From the NCBI GenBank assembly GCA_965218615.1, contig CBDCLH010000008.1, forward strand, positions 497,846 to 561,845: a DNA stretch of 64,000 nucleotides. Reading direction: 5' to 3'. Numbering within the stretch: position 1 is the first letter of the stretch; each line of letters starts with the position of its first letter. The notes beneath the pieces were generated by a model that was given only the letters and a program-made list of their open reading frames with translations, made no database searches and was not told where the DNA came from. Below are positions 18,234 to 27,485 of this stretch, one piece after another. A program made the position numbers and the translations under genes. Origin of the DNA: Bryobacterales bacterium (lineage in GTDB: Bacteria; Acidobacteriota; Terriglobia; Bryobacterales; UBA6623).

Positions 18234-19271
18234 ATGGGCGAGCGGAGTTCCAGCGCCGGCTACCGGGTTCTTGTCATCGCCGCGCTCGTCATCGCCGTGG
18301 CCGGGATTCGAGCCGCTTCTGACATCGTCATCCCCTTCCTGCTCTCCGTATTCATCGCCATCCTGTGCGGACCCGCGGTCTTCTGGCTCCATCGCCGCGG
18401 CATCCCGAAGGCGATCGCCATTCTGATCGTGGTGGTCGCGGTGATGGGAGGCCTGACGCTGATTGGCAGCATCGCCCTCACTTCGCTGCAGGAGTTCACC
18501 GGACAAGTGCCTGTCTATCAGGAACGTCTGGAGATCATGCTGCAAACCACAGCGGGCCGGCTGCAGGATCTCCTCGAGCCCTTGGGCCTCACCATCGCCT
18601 ATACCGACCTCTGGGCCAACTTCGACTTGAACTCCGCGGTCGGCTTTGCCGGAACCACGTTGCTGCAGTTCGGCAGCGTGCTCACCAAGACCTTGCTGGT
18701 CTTTCTCACGGTCCTGTTCATGTTGCTGGAGGCCTCCCGGTTCCCGGCGAAGCTCTCCGCCGCGCTGGGCCCGTCCAACACCGCTTGGTCGGGCTTTCGG
18801 CAGTTCGCCGACAGCATCAAGAACTACCTCGCCATCAAGACCGCGACCAGCCTGGCGACCGGACTCTGCGCGGGGCTTTGGCTCTGGATTCTAGGCGTGG
18901 ACAACGCCTTCTTTTGGGGTCTGCTGGCGTTCTTGTTCAACTATATCCCCAACATCGGTTCGATCCTCGCCGCCGTCCCGCCGTGTCTGATGGCTCTCTT
19001 GCAGAATGGCGTCACGAGCGCCCTGCTGGTCGCCCTTGGCTACGTCCTCATCAATGTCGTCATCGGGAGCCTCGTCGAACCGAACTTCATGGGCGACGGC
19101 CTCGGCCTGTCTCCCCTGATCGTGTTCATTTCCCTCGTCTTCTGGGGCTGGCTGCTCGGCGGGGCTGGAATGCTGCTGTCCACCCCTCTGACCATGAGCG
19201 TCAAGATCGCTCTTGAGAACAATGCTGAAACGCGTTGGATCAGCATCTTGATGGGATCCGGAAAGTCCTGA
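18234..19271 (+). CDS. AI-2E family transporter (PerM/UPF0118)
   Basis: ..FLLSVFIAIL..GIPKAIAILIV..FLFNYIPNIGSILAAVPP..GSLVEPNFMGDGLGLSPLIVFISLVFWGWLLG..GMLLSTPLT. Confidence 0.85.
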   Translation: MGERSSSAGYRVLVIAALVIAVAGIRAASDIVIPFLLSVFIAILCGPAVFWLHRRGIPKAIAILIVVVAVMGGLTLIGSIALTSLQEFTGQVPVYQERLEIMLQTTAGRLQDLLEPLGLTIAYTDLWANFDLNSAVGFAGTTLLQFGSVLTKTLLVFLTVLFMLLEASRFPAKLSAALGPSNTAWSGFRQFADSIKNYLAIKTATSLATGLCAGLWLWILGVDNAFFWGLLAFLFNYIPNIGSILAAVPPCLMALLQNGVTSALLVALGYVLINVVIGSLVEPNFMGDGLGLSPLIVFISLVFWGWLLGGAGMLLSTPLTMSVKIALENNAETRWISILMGSGKS

Positions 19272-19294
19272 CCCCGGCCGACTGGGCTACAATC

Positions 19295-21295
19295 ATGCCG
19301 GAGGTCATGGCCCCCATGCGACGCACCCTAGTCCTGGCGTTGCTGGCGGTTGCCGTGCTCCGAACCGCTGAATACAGCGACCGGGAACGCGCATACTGGG
19401 CCTTCCAGCCCCGCGCCGACGTTCCGATCCCCGCGACCCGTTCCTCCTGGGTGCGCAATCCGGTGGACGCCTTCATCCTGCAGCAACTCGAGATCAGGGG
19501 CCTGCATCCCGCGCCCCAGGCCGACCGCGCCACGCTGGCCCGGCGCGTCCACTTTGACGTGACCGGGCTGCCTCCGACGCCCGCCGAGCTCGGCGCCTTC
19601 CTCAGGGACACCGCCCCTGGAGCCTCGGAGCGGCTCGTCGACCGCCTTCTGGCGAGTCCGCGATATGGCGAGCGCGGGGCGCAGCACTGGCTGGACGTCG
19701 TGCGCTACGCCGAAACAGAGGGGTTCGAGTACGACCGCTACCTTCCGGGGCTGTGGCGCTACCGCGACTACGTGATCGAATCGCTGAATCAGGATAGGCC
19801 CTACGATCAGTTTGTCCGACAGCAGCTCGCTGGGGACGAAATGGTCCGCGGCGAGCCGACCCTGGAATCGAACCACGATCTGCTGGCCGCCGCGGGCCTG
19901 CACCGCCTGGGCCCGGTCCGGCGCAATGCCGGCAACCAGGAGGTCGCCTCCAGCCGCAACGAAGTCCTGACGGAACGCACCGACCTCATCGGCGCGGCCT
20001 TCCTCGGTCTGACGGTCGGTTGCGCCCGCTGCCACGACCACAGGTTCGATCCGATCCGGCAGGTTGACTACTACCGCCTCCAAGCGTACTTCGGCGCGGC
20101 CCACGAGCAGAACGTGGTTTTCGAGGGCGAGACCACGATCGAGGAGTGGCGGAAGCGCACCAAGGAAATCTCCGGCGAGATGAAGACCTTGCGCGGCCGC
20201 ATCAAGCTCGCGCAAGGGGAGGAGCGCGGCCGTCTCCAAGCCGAGCACGACGAACTCGAGGCCCAGCGGCCCGAGCCGCCATCGACTCTAGCGACCTTGC
20301 GGAATGATGCCGAGGACGCCACGCGCATCCACGTGCTCAGCCGGGGCGACCACACCAAGCCCCTGCAACCCGTCAACCCGCGTCCCCTGGGCGTGCTGTT
20401 GCCCGAAGACGCTCCCGCGCTCCCTCCGGACATCCAGAATCCTCGTTCGCGGCTCGCCGACTGGATCACGGATCCGGACCATCCGCTCAGCGCCCGGGTT
20501 CTCGTCAACCGCCTCTGGCTGGGCCACTTCGGACGGGGTATCGTCGAAACGCCCAACGACTTCGGGTTCATGGGCGGCAGGCCGAGCCATCCGCAGTTGC
20601 TCGACTTCCTGGCCAACGAGCTGGTCCGGGGAGGTTGGAGGCTGAAACGCATCCACCGCATGATTCTGACTAGCAGCACCTACCGCCAAGCCTCCAGGAA
20701 CCCCGATGCCGACACGCGGGGCATGCAGACGGACGCGGGTAACCGCCTGCTGTGGCGCGGCCCGCTGCGCCGGCTGAGCGCCGAAGAGGTTCGGGACGCC
20801 ATGCTGGCCGCCTCGGGGGAGCTGAATCTGGGCTACGGCGGGAAGAGCGTCATGCTGCCGGCGGAGGAGGCACTCGTGGACCTGCTCTACGACCCGACGC
20901 AATGGCGTGTGGCGGACGACCCCGCGCAGCACCGCCGCCGGTCCGTGTACCTGATCGCCAAGCGCAACCTGCGGCTGCCATTCATGGAGGTGTTCGACCA
21001 GCCGGCCCTGCTGACCAGCTGCGCGCGCCGTGAGACGAGCACGCATGCGCCCCAATCGTTGGAACTGCTCAACGGATCCCTGGCGAACGAACTCGCCGAA
21101 CGCTTCGCCGCGCGCCTCCAACTCGAAGCCGGAGACGGCCTGGAGCAGCTCATCGAGCGGGCCTACCTGCTGGCGGCCAGCCGCCGGCCCACCGCCAGAG
21201 AGTTCCATTTGGCGCACGAGTTTCTCGCGGGGAATCCACTGCGTGAATTCGCCTTGGCGATGTTCAACCTCAACTCCTTCCTCTACGTCCACTGA
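19295..21295 (+). CDS. DUF1549/DUF1553 domain protein (PSD1-like)
   Basis: WAFQP..NPVDAFILQQLE..GL.PAP.ADRATLARRV.FD.TGLPPTP.E...F..SPRYGERGAQHWLDVVRYAETEGFEYD..CARCHDHRFDPI.Q.DYYRL.AYF..NRLW..FG.GIV.T.NDFG. The start is ambiguous among ATG 19295, 19307 and 19316. Confidence 0.8.
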   Translation: MPEVMAPMRRTLVLALLAVAVLRTAEYSDRERAYWAFQPRADVPIPATRSSWVRNPVDAFILQQLEIRGLHPAPQADRATLARRVHFDVTGLPPTPAELGAFLRDTAPGASERLVDRLLASPRYGERGAQHWLDVVRYAETEGFEYDRYLPGLWRYRDYVIESLNQDRPYDQFVRQQLAGDEMVRGEPTLESNHDLLAAAGLHRLGPVRRNAGNQEVASSRNEVLTERTDLIGAAFLGLTVGCARCHDHRFDPIRQVDYYRLQAYFGAAHEQNVVFEGETTIEEWRKRTKEISGEMKTLRGRIKLAQGEERGRLQAEHDELEAQRPEPPSTLATLRNDAEDATRIHVLSRGDHTKPLQPVNPRPLGVLLPEDAPALPPDIQNPRSRLADWITDPDHPLSARVLVNRLWLGHFGRGIVETPNDFGFMGGRPSHPQLLDFLANELVRGGWRLKRIHRMILTSSTYRQASRNPDADTRGMQTDAGNRLLWRGPLRRLSAEEVRDAMLAASGELNLGYGGKSVMLPAEEALVDLLYDPTQWRVADDPAQHRRRSVYLIAKRNLRLPFMEVFDQPALLTSCARRETSTHAPQSLELLNGSLANELAERFAARLQLEAGDGLEQLIERAYLLAASRRPTAREFHLAHEFLAGNPLREFALAMFNLNSFLYVH

Positions 21296-21343
21296 TGGAC
21301 CGGCCCGGCCCTCGTCGGCGCTGATACAATCGCGGGACGATCC

Positions 21344-22867
21344 GTGTTCCGGAAAATTCTCATCGCCAATCGCGGCGAGATCGCGGTCCGTGTGATCCGG
21401 ACTTGCCGCGAGATGGGCATCCGGACCGTCGCGGTGTATTCGGATCCTGACCGCGGGGCCACCCACGTGCGATTGGCCGATGAGGCCTACCCCATCGGCC
21501 CTGCCCCAGCGGTGGACAGCTACCTCAACATGGACCGCGTTCTCGCCGAGGCGGCCCGGGCTGGCGCTGACGCCGTCCATCCGGGCTACGGCTTCCTGAG
21601 TGAAAACGCGGACTTCGCAGATGCCTGCGCCCATGCAGGCATCAAGTTCATCGGCCCCTCCGCGAGTGCGATCCGCTCCATGGGCATCAAGACCCGAGCC
21701 CGGGAGTTGATGGCCGAAGCCGGCGTCGCGGTCATTCCTGGAACAGCTTTCGCCGTACACGCAGGGCCGCAAGCCGCCGCCTGCGCTCAGGAGATCGGCT
21801 ACCCGGTTATGCTCAAGGCCGCCGCAGGCGGAGGTGGAAAGGGCATGCGCCTCGTCGAGGACGCCGGCTCTCTAGACGCTGCGCTGCGCCGGGCGCAGAG
21901 TGAGGCCCAGCAGGCCTTTGGGGACGATGCCGTTTACATGGAGAAGGCGATCGTCAGGCCCCGCCACATCGAGGTCCAGCTCCTCGCCGACGAGCACGGA
22001 GCCGTCGTTCACCTCGGCGAACGCGAATGTAGCCTGCAGCGCCGTCACCAGAAAATCGTGGAAGAGACCCCCTCTCCACTAGTCGAGGCCCATCCACACG
22101 TGCGGGAGGCGCTTTGCGCCGCAGCCGTCGCGGCCGCCCGCGCCGTCGGGTACGCGAACGCCGGCACGGTCGAATTCCTCATGGACGCCGACTGCCGCTT
22201 CTACTTCCTCGAGATGAACACCCGCTTGCAGGTCGAGCACCCCGTTACCGAACTTGTCACGGGGATCGACCTCGTCAAAGAGCAGATCCTGGTCGCCTCA
22301 GGCGAGCGGCTCCGCTACGGGCCTGGCGACATTCGCCCCCGCGGCCATGCGATGGAATGCCGGATCTACGCCGAAGATCCCGATGCGAACTTCCTGCCTT
22401 CTCCCGGCCGCATCGAGTCCTTGACTTGGTCCTCCGCGCCCGGCATTCGCGTGGACTCTGGCGCCGAGCAGGGCTGGACGGTCCCGCTGGAGTACGATCC
22501 GCTGATCGCCAAGTTGTGCGCCTGGGCGCCAACCCGCCAGGAAGTGATCGCCAAGCTGCGTCAAGCTCTGCGGGAATCCGCCATCGGCGGGATTACCACC
22601 ACATTGGGATTCTTTCGCCAGCTCGTCGAGGATCGCCGCTTCCAGGATGGCGACATCGATACCGGATTCCTGGCGAGCGGCTTCCACGCTGCGGCGAGGG
22701 CGCGTGCGGCTCCGTCCACGGGCGCGCAACTCGCCGCCATGATCGCGGCCGCGCACGCCGCGGGCAGCGCCCAGAACACACGCGCGTCCGCTTCGGACCG
22801 GCCGCCCTCTCGCTGGAAGGCGCACGGCCGCCTCGCGGTGACGGCCGGGCGCGGAGTCAACCATTGA
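21344..22867 (+). CDS. accC: Biotin carboxylase (acetyl/acyl-CoA carboxylase BC component) with C-terminal extension
   Basis: FRKILIANRGEIAVRVIRTCREMGI..HPGYGFLSEN..MLKAAAGGGGKGMR..EKAIVRPRHIEVQ..ECSLQRRHQKIVEE..VEFL..YFLEMNTRLQVEHPVTE. GTG start. Confidence 0.9.
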   Translation: MFRKILIANRGEIAVRVIRTCREMGIRTVAVYSDPDRGATHVRLADEAYPIGPAPAVDSYLNMDRVLAEAARAGADAVHPGYGFLSENADFADACAHAGIKFIGPSASAIRSMGIKTRARELMAEAGVAVIPGTAFAVHAGPQAAACAQEIGYPVMLKAAAGGGGKGMRLVEDAGSLDAALRRAQSEAQQAFGDDAVYMEKAIVRPRHIEVQLLADEHGAVVHLGERECSLQRRHQKIVEETPSPLVEAHPHVREALCAAAVAAARAVGYANAGTVEFLMDADCRFYFLEMNTRLQVEHPVTELVTGIDLVKEQILVASGERLRYGPGDIRPRGHAMECRIYAEDPDANFLPSPGRIESLTWSSAPGIRVDSGAEQGWTVPLEYDPLIAKLCAWAPTRQEVIAKLRQALRESAIGGITTTLGFFRQLVEDRRFQDGDIDTGFLASGFHAAARARAAPSTGAQLAAMIAAAHAAGSAQNTRASASDRPPSRWKAHGRLAVTAGRGVNH

Positions 22868-23352
22868 AGCGCTACGAACTGCTCGTCGACGGCAAGCCGA
22901 AATGCCTGGAGTTGGGCCAAAACGCATGTCGCTACGACGGCCGGGACACGAGCGTGGATCTCGTCGATCTGGGCGGGGGCATCTACTCGGTGGTCTGCGA
23001 GGGCGCCCAATATGCAGCCCATCTGGCGCATGTGGAAAGCGGCCGGTTCGAGGTCTCGGTCGAGGGAGTGAAGCTCACCATCGAGGTGCGCGATCGGAGG
23101 CGCCTGTCCCGTCGGCGCCAGCAGGCAGCCGCGTCGGGTGCGCAGGAGATCCGCGCTCCCATGCCCGGCAAGGTTCTGGCCGTGCACGCCGCGGCCGGAG
23201 ACCAAGTGCAACGTGGTCAGGGGCTTCTGGTGGTCGAGGCGATGAAGATGCAGAACGAGCTCTACGCTCCGCGCTCCGGCCGCGTCACGGTCGTCCGGGT
23301 CAAAGCAGGCGATTCCGTGGCGGCTGGCGCCACGCTCCTTGCGATCGAATAG
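22864..23352 (+). CDS. Biotin/lipoyl-attachment (BCCP-like) protein
   Basis: C-terminal IRAPMPGKVLAV..GDQVQRGQGLLVVEAMKMQNELYAPRSGRV. (AMKM biotinylation motif). TTG at 22864 overlaps the accC stop (22865-22867). Confidence 0.8.
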   Translation: MKRYELLVDGKPKCLELGQNACRYDGRDTSVDLVDLGGGIYSVVCEGAQYAAHLAHVESGRFEVSVEGVKLTIEVRDRRRLSRRRQQAAASGAQEIRAPMPGKVLAVHAAAGDQVQRGQGLLVVEAMKMQNELYAPRSGRVTVVRVKAGDSVAAGATLLAIE

Positions 23353-23378
23353 GATAGAGCAGACGGGGTAATTGCAGG

Positions 23379-24149
23379 GTGTCCGTTTCCGTCCAGTGTC
23401 CGACCTGCCAAGATACCGGCTGGGCTCAGGTCGAAACACCCCGTGGCCTCGCTGCGAAGCGTTGCGACTGCTTCCGCCAGCAAGAGCACGACGGCCGCTA
23501 CCGGCAGATCGGTGTGCCGACCCGCTTCCTCAGCGCGAGCCTCGACAACTTCAGCGCGGGCAGCTTCCGCAAGAACAAGGCCGAGTACAACGCCCTGACG
23601 GCCGCGATGAAGACCGCCAAGAGCTTTGGGGACGAGTTTCCGGTCTGCCGGCGGAGGGGCCTCCTGTTTCACGGCGGATCCACCACCAAGAGAACGCACC
23701 TCGCCGTCGCGACGCTGAAATTGCTGGCCGACCGCGGTTTCACGTGCTTGTTCTGCGATTACTATCAGCTGCTGCAGACGCTTCGGGAACGCAGCGACCA
23801 GGATCCGGCGCTGGTCGAGCAGAGCAAGGAAACCAACCGCCAAGTCTTCGAGGCGGACATCCTTCTCCTGGACTCTCTGGGAGAACACCGCCGGACTGAC
23901 TGGGCGGTCGACACCATCGCCGGTATCATCAAGCACCGCTACAACGAAGACAAGGGCTTGATCGTCACGACCAATCTCCCTCTCGGGAACGAGGCGCGGA
24001 AGCGCTCCGGGGGCGCCCCCGAAATGCGCGCCTATGCGCCTGTGCCCGACACCCTGGCCAACCGCATTGGGGACGACAGCGTCTCGAGGCTACGCGATCA
24101 CTGCGCGGCGGTAGCGCTTCCGAAACCCGCTGCCGAGCCCTCCAATTAG
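23379..24149 (+). CDS. DnaC/DnaI-like AAA+ helicase-loader paralog with N-terminal zinc-ribbon and degenerate Walker motifs
   Basis: CPTCQDTGW..KRCDC, then IGVPTRFLSASLDNF, GLLFHGGSTTKRTHLAVA (P-loop position), ADILLLDSLGEHRRTDW (Walker B position), IIKHRYNEDKGLIVTTNL. Confidence 0.7.
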   Translation: MSVSVQCPTCQDTGWAQVETPRGLAAKRCDCFRQQEHDGRYRQIGVPTRFLSASLDNFSAGSFRKNKAEYNALTAAMKTAKSFGDEFPVCRRRGLLFHGGSTTKRTHLAVATLKLLADRGFTCLFCDYYQLLQTLRERSDQDPALVEQSKETNRQVFEADILLLDSLGEHRRTDWAVDTIAGIIKHRYNEDKGLIVTTNLPLGNEARKRSGGAPEMRAYAPVPDTLANRIGDDSVSRLRDHCAAVALPKPAAEPSN

Positions 24150-25108
24150 CCCTGGCCTCCAGCGGCCGGCCAGGCCCGACGGCTCGCTGCGGTAAGGGAT
24201 TCGCGGTGACGTTCCGCGATTAATCCGGCTACCTCGCCACGGAACAAGCTCCGGCGCCGCACCACCAAGCCCACGGCCTGGGCCGCCCCGCCCAGCACCG
24301 CCTCGCGCGGCGTGCCGCCTCTGCGCAACTCGCGCACCGCAGGCACTCTCTGCTTCTTGCTCAGCTTGTCGCCCGCCGGGTCGCGCACGAGCGGGTGATG
24401 GAAGTAGAACGGCGCCTGGCTCCGCCCCAGGATCCGCGCCAGCCGCAGCTGGCGCCCAGTCGACTCCAAAAGATCCTCGCCTCGGACGACCCAATCCACG
24501 TCCTGGCGGAAATCGTCCACGGTCACGGTGAACTGGTAGCTCCACTGCCCAGTTCGGTCGCGCAGCAGCAGGTCGCCGCACTGCCGTTCGGGCCTCTGGA
24601 CTTGCGGCCCCAGGAGGCCGTCGGTGAAGCGTTCCGGTGGCATGTCCTGCTCCCAGGCGAGGCGGAGGCCATGGGGCACTCCGGCGGGGTGATGCGCCGC
24701 CCTGCAGTGTCCGGGATAGACTCGCTCGCCGTGCGCCCCTGGCCCCGCTTCGCCCGCCAGGCTCTTGCGGCTGCAGACGCAGCGATAGACTTGTCGAGTG
24801 CGAGACAGAGCCCGCAGCGCCTCCTCATAGACGGCGCCGCAGTCGCTCTGGCGATAGTCGCTGGCGCCTTCGCAGATCGGATTCGTCGGCTCGAATCCCA
24901 GCCAATCCAGGTCCTCGAGGATCGCCGCTTCGTATTGCGGCCGGCAGCGCTGCCGGTCGTGGTCCTCGATGCGCACAAGGACTTCGGCCCCCAGGAGTTC
25001 GGCGAGCCCCCACACGTACAGCATGTGAGCCACGTGGCCAAGATGCAGGTAGCCCGTGGGGCTCGGAGCGAAGCGCGTAAGCGACCTCTTGGATCCTGAG
25101 CGAACCAC
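24146..25108 (-). CDS. gluQ: Glutamyl-Q tRNA(Asp) synthetase
   Basis: TRFAPSPTGYLHLGH (HIGH), VRIEDHD, YRQS, YRCVCSRK, YPGHC, LLRDRTG.WSYQFTVTVDD, VVRGEDLL.ST.RQ, DKLSKKQ. About 320 aa with no anticodon-binding domain. GTG start. Confidence 0.85.
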   Translation of the reverse strand: MVRSGSKRSLTRFAPSPTGYLHLGHVAHMLYVWGLAELLGAEVLVRIEDHDRQRCRPQYEAAILEDLDWLGFEPTNPICEGASDYRQSDCGAVYEEALRALSRTRQVYRCVCSRKSLAGEAGPGAHGERVYPGHCRAAHHPAGVPHGLRLAWEQDMPPERFTDGLLGPQVQRPERQCGDLLLRDRTGQWSYQFTVTVDDFRQDVDWVVRGEDLLESTGRQLRLARILGRSQAPFYFHHPLVRDPAGDKLSKKQRVPAVRELRRGGTPREAVLGGAAQAVGLVVRRRSLFRGEVAGLIAERHRESLTAASRRAWPAAGGQG

Positions 25109-25189
25109 GTCCCGGAAAACGCACCCCCGTAACCGCAGGCCGTCCGTGCGCCGTGGGCAGTCCGGAGTTCTCGCAGCGGCCGCCAGCGT

Positions 25190-27430
25190 TCAGTTCAATT
25201 GCAGCGAGACGGAGTTGGACGCGCCCAATCCGTTCGCCGCGCTCACCGACAGGCTGCTGAGGTCCTCGAACGCGCCCTCGTCCAAAGTGAATTCCACCGT
25301 GGCAGTGAACTGGCTGCCGAAGGCGGCCGATTGGTTCCCGCCGTAATAGGTGCTGAAGCTCGACCCAACGTCCGCCTCAAGGCTGGGCGTGGTCAGATGG
25401 GAACCCGAGACGCCCGAGAACGAGAAGGAAAGCGAATCGACCGTACGAGACGTCGCGTAGCCGGTGATTGCCACGCTGAACCGGCCCTGTCCTGTCGAGC
25501 CGAGCGCCGCCCTCTGCAGAACGGGCGCAGCTTCCAGGACCTCGAAGCGTAGTTCGGGTTCGGTGTCGGGTGTGATGTCGACGCCTCCAGACTGCCCGTC
25601 CGCGTTGCCTTGGCCGCCAGGGGCTGCGCTCGAGCCAGTTCTCGTGTCCACGAAGAACTGAGCCGTCACAGTGATCCCACCCGCGACGGTGCCGGTCTGG
25701 AAGGTGTTCGTCGAAGCGTTGCCGGCGAACACCGCTTTGGTTTCGCCGGCCGGAATCTCGAAGACCGCCTGCCGACCTCCAGTTGCCCACTGGATCGCCG
25801 GATCGTTCGTGAACGCCCGCGTTTCGAACACGAGAAGCAAGACGCCCACAATGTCGGTGGGATACGGCTGCTCCAAGCCCACCTCGAGCGGGATCTGCTC
25901 CGCCGAACTCACCACCCCGCCCGCCTCCGAGAACCGAACCTCCGGCAAATCCACGATCTCCACCCGAAACCGCAACTCTGGCGCCGGGTCGGGTGTAATG
26001 TCAATCGCCCATAGCTCGATGGTGAACCGCGCCGTGACCGTGATCTCACCTACCGCCCGCGCCGTCTGGAAGTCGGTCATGGCGGCGCCACTCGCGAATA
26101 CCGCCGCTGTCTCTCCGGCCGGAATCCGGAAGCTGGTTCGCGGGCCACCCCCCGCCCACTGCGCGCCGGGGTCACTCCCTAATTCCTGCGGCTCGAAATC
26201 AAATTGCAAGGTTCCCGCGATATCCGACGGATACGGCCGCGCCAAGCTCAACCCCAATGGGACTTGCTCAGCCGGCCCCACGACGCCGCCCGCCTCGGAG
26301 AACAGCACCCCCGGCAACTCCGGCACGTCCGCACGGAGCGGAAAGAACGCGTCGCCGATCAGCAGTTCGCCGCTCAGTTCGCCCAGGGCGCCGGCGACCG
26401 GCGCAATCCGGACGCTGAAGCTCTCACCCGGCTCCACGTTGTAGGGGAAATTGGGGCTCTCCACGATCCGAAAATCTCCCGTCAGACGGATGGCGTCGAT
26501 GCGTTGCACGCTCTGGCGGATGTTCCGGGCGACGATCTCGATCGTCGCATCCTGGCCACCAAAGACGACGACGTCGCCGGACTGCACATCTCGTGTAGGA
26601 CCGACCGTGGAGGCGTCTTGGTACGAGACGAGCCGGTACCGCAGGAGGTCGCCCCCCACGCCGGCCAGGACGAACTGCTGGAGGCCGACGCCGAACTCGA
26701 GGCGCAACTCGCCTTGATACGCCGCAGTCCGGGTGGGTTCGAACGCCAGCTCGAAACTCAGGTCCTGGCCTGGCTGCAGCTTCGCCGGAAGCGTCGGCGG
26801 GCTCGCGATCGCGAACGGAGATCCACCGTCGATCCGCACGGAGCGCAGCGTTCCCGGCCCGCTGCCCGTGTTGGACAGGATCAATGTCGCCGCCGTGGCG
26901 CGCGCGACAGGCCTGTGCCCGAAGTCCAGCACGCCCCCCGGGGCCACGCCGCGCTGGGTCGCGCCCGGCAGCACATAACTGAGCGAGTACGCCGGAACCC
27001 GACCGAGCAGCTGAATGTTGTAGACGAGCTCTTCGGGCTCGTCCTCGAAATCCGTTTGGCGCACCGTCAGTTCGAGCGTCGCCCGGAAAGGACCGGGCCC
27101 AGTCGGAAGGAATAAGATCAGCATCTCGTAAGTGATCGTGTTTCGGATCAAGATAGGCAGTTTCGAGGTCTCTAGGTCGTACGAGAATTCGGACGAGCCC
27201 CTGATTCGCACCGTGCGTAGGGAGATCGTTCTGTCAGCTGGTGGGTCGAAAGTCAGACGCAAACGCTTGGCGACACGCCGCCCAACCCCTTCGGAGTCGA
27301 GGATCAGCGTCTCTCCCAGGGAGGAGGCGTCCTCCACGTCTTCCACACTGAGGGTCAGTTGGGCGCCAAGCGGCACGATCGAAAACGCCCCGAGGAGCAG
27401 GGTTGCAATCGATTGGGAAACCGTCTTCAT
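25190..27430 (-). CDS. Secreted multi-domain beta-sandwich (Ig-like / ASH-choice-of-anchor-D-like) protein, 746 aa
   Basis: Signal IATLLLGAFSIVPLGAQ. Repeated modules of the pattern LDFG..ATLILSNTGSGPGTLRSVRIDG.SPF..L.PGQ..SFELAFEP. There are two tandem ~125-aa repeats and a distinct C-terminal domain. I see no catalytic motif. Confidence 0.75.
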   Translation of the reverse strand: MKTVSQSIATLLLGAFSIVPLGAQLTLSVEDVEDASSLGETLILDSEGVGRRVAKRLRLTFDPPADRTISLRTVRIRGSSEFSYDLETSKLPILIRNTITYEMLILFLPTGPGPFRATLELTVRQTDFEDEPEELVYNIQLLGRVPAYSLSYVLPGATQRGVAPGGVLDFGHRPVARATAATLILSNTGSGPGTLRSVRIDGGSPFAIASPPTLPAKLQPGQDLSFELAFEPTRTAAYQGELRLEFGVGLQQFVLAGVGGDLLRYRLVSYQDASTVGPTRDVQSGDVVVFGGQDATIEIVARNIRQSVQRIDAIRLTGDFRIVESPNFPYNVEPGESFSVRIAPVAGALGELSGELLIGDAFFPLRADVPELPGVLFSEAGGVVGPAEQVPLGLSLARPYPSDIAGTLQFDFEPQELGSDPGAQWAGGGPRTSFRIPAGETAAVFASGAAMTDFQTARAVGEITVTARFTIELWAIDITPDPAPELRFRVEIVDLPEVRFSEAGGVVSSAEQIPLEVGLEQPYPTDIVGVLLLVFETRAFTNDPAIQWATGGRQAVFEIPAGETKAVFAGNASTNTFQTGTVAGGITVTAQFFVDTRTGSSAAPGGQGNADGQSGGVDITPDTEPELRFEVLEAAPVLQRAALGSTGQGRFSVAITGYATSRTVDSLSFSFSGVSGSHLTTPSLEADVGSSFSTYYGGNQSAAFGSQFTATVEFTLDEGAFEDLSSLSVSAANGLGASNSVSLQLN
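25535..26326 (-). repeat. Internal tandem duplication of a ~125-140-aa domain inside the 746-aa protein
   Basis: Copy 1 (aa ~369-491): LPGVLFSEAGGVVGPAEQVPLGLSLARPYPSDIAGTL..AQWAGGGPRTSFRIPAGETAAVFASGAA..ITVTARF..DITPDPAPELRFRV. Copy 2 (aa ~494-632): LPEVRFSEAGGVVSSAEQIPLEVGLEQPYPTDIVGVL..IQWATGGRQAVFEIPAGETKAVFAGNAS..ITVTAQF..DITPDTEPELRFEV. Confidence 0.8.
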
Positions 27431-27485
27431 GGCTTTTCTTTCGCGATTGTCCTGGGAACGCCCGGGCCGTTTGGCAGACGCCTCG

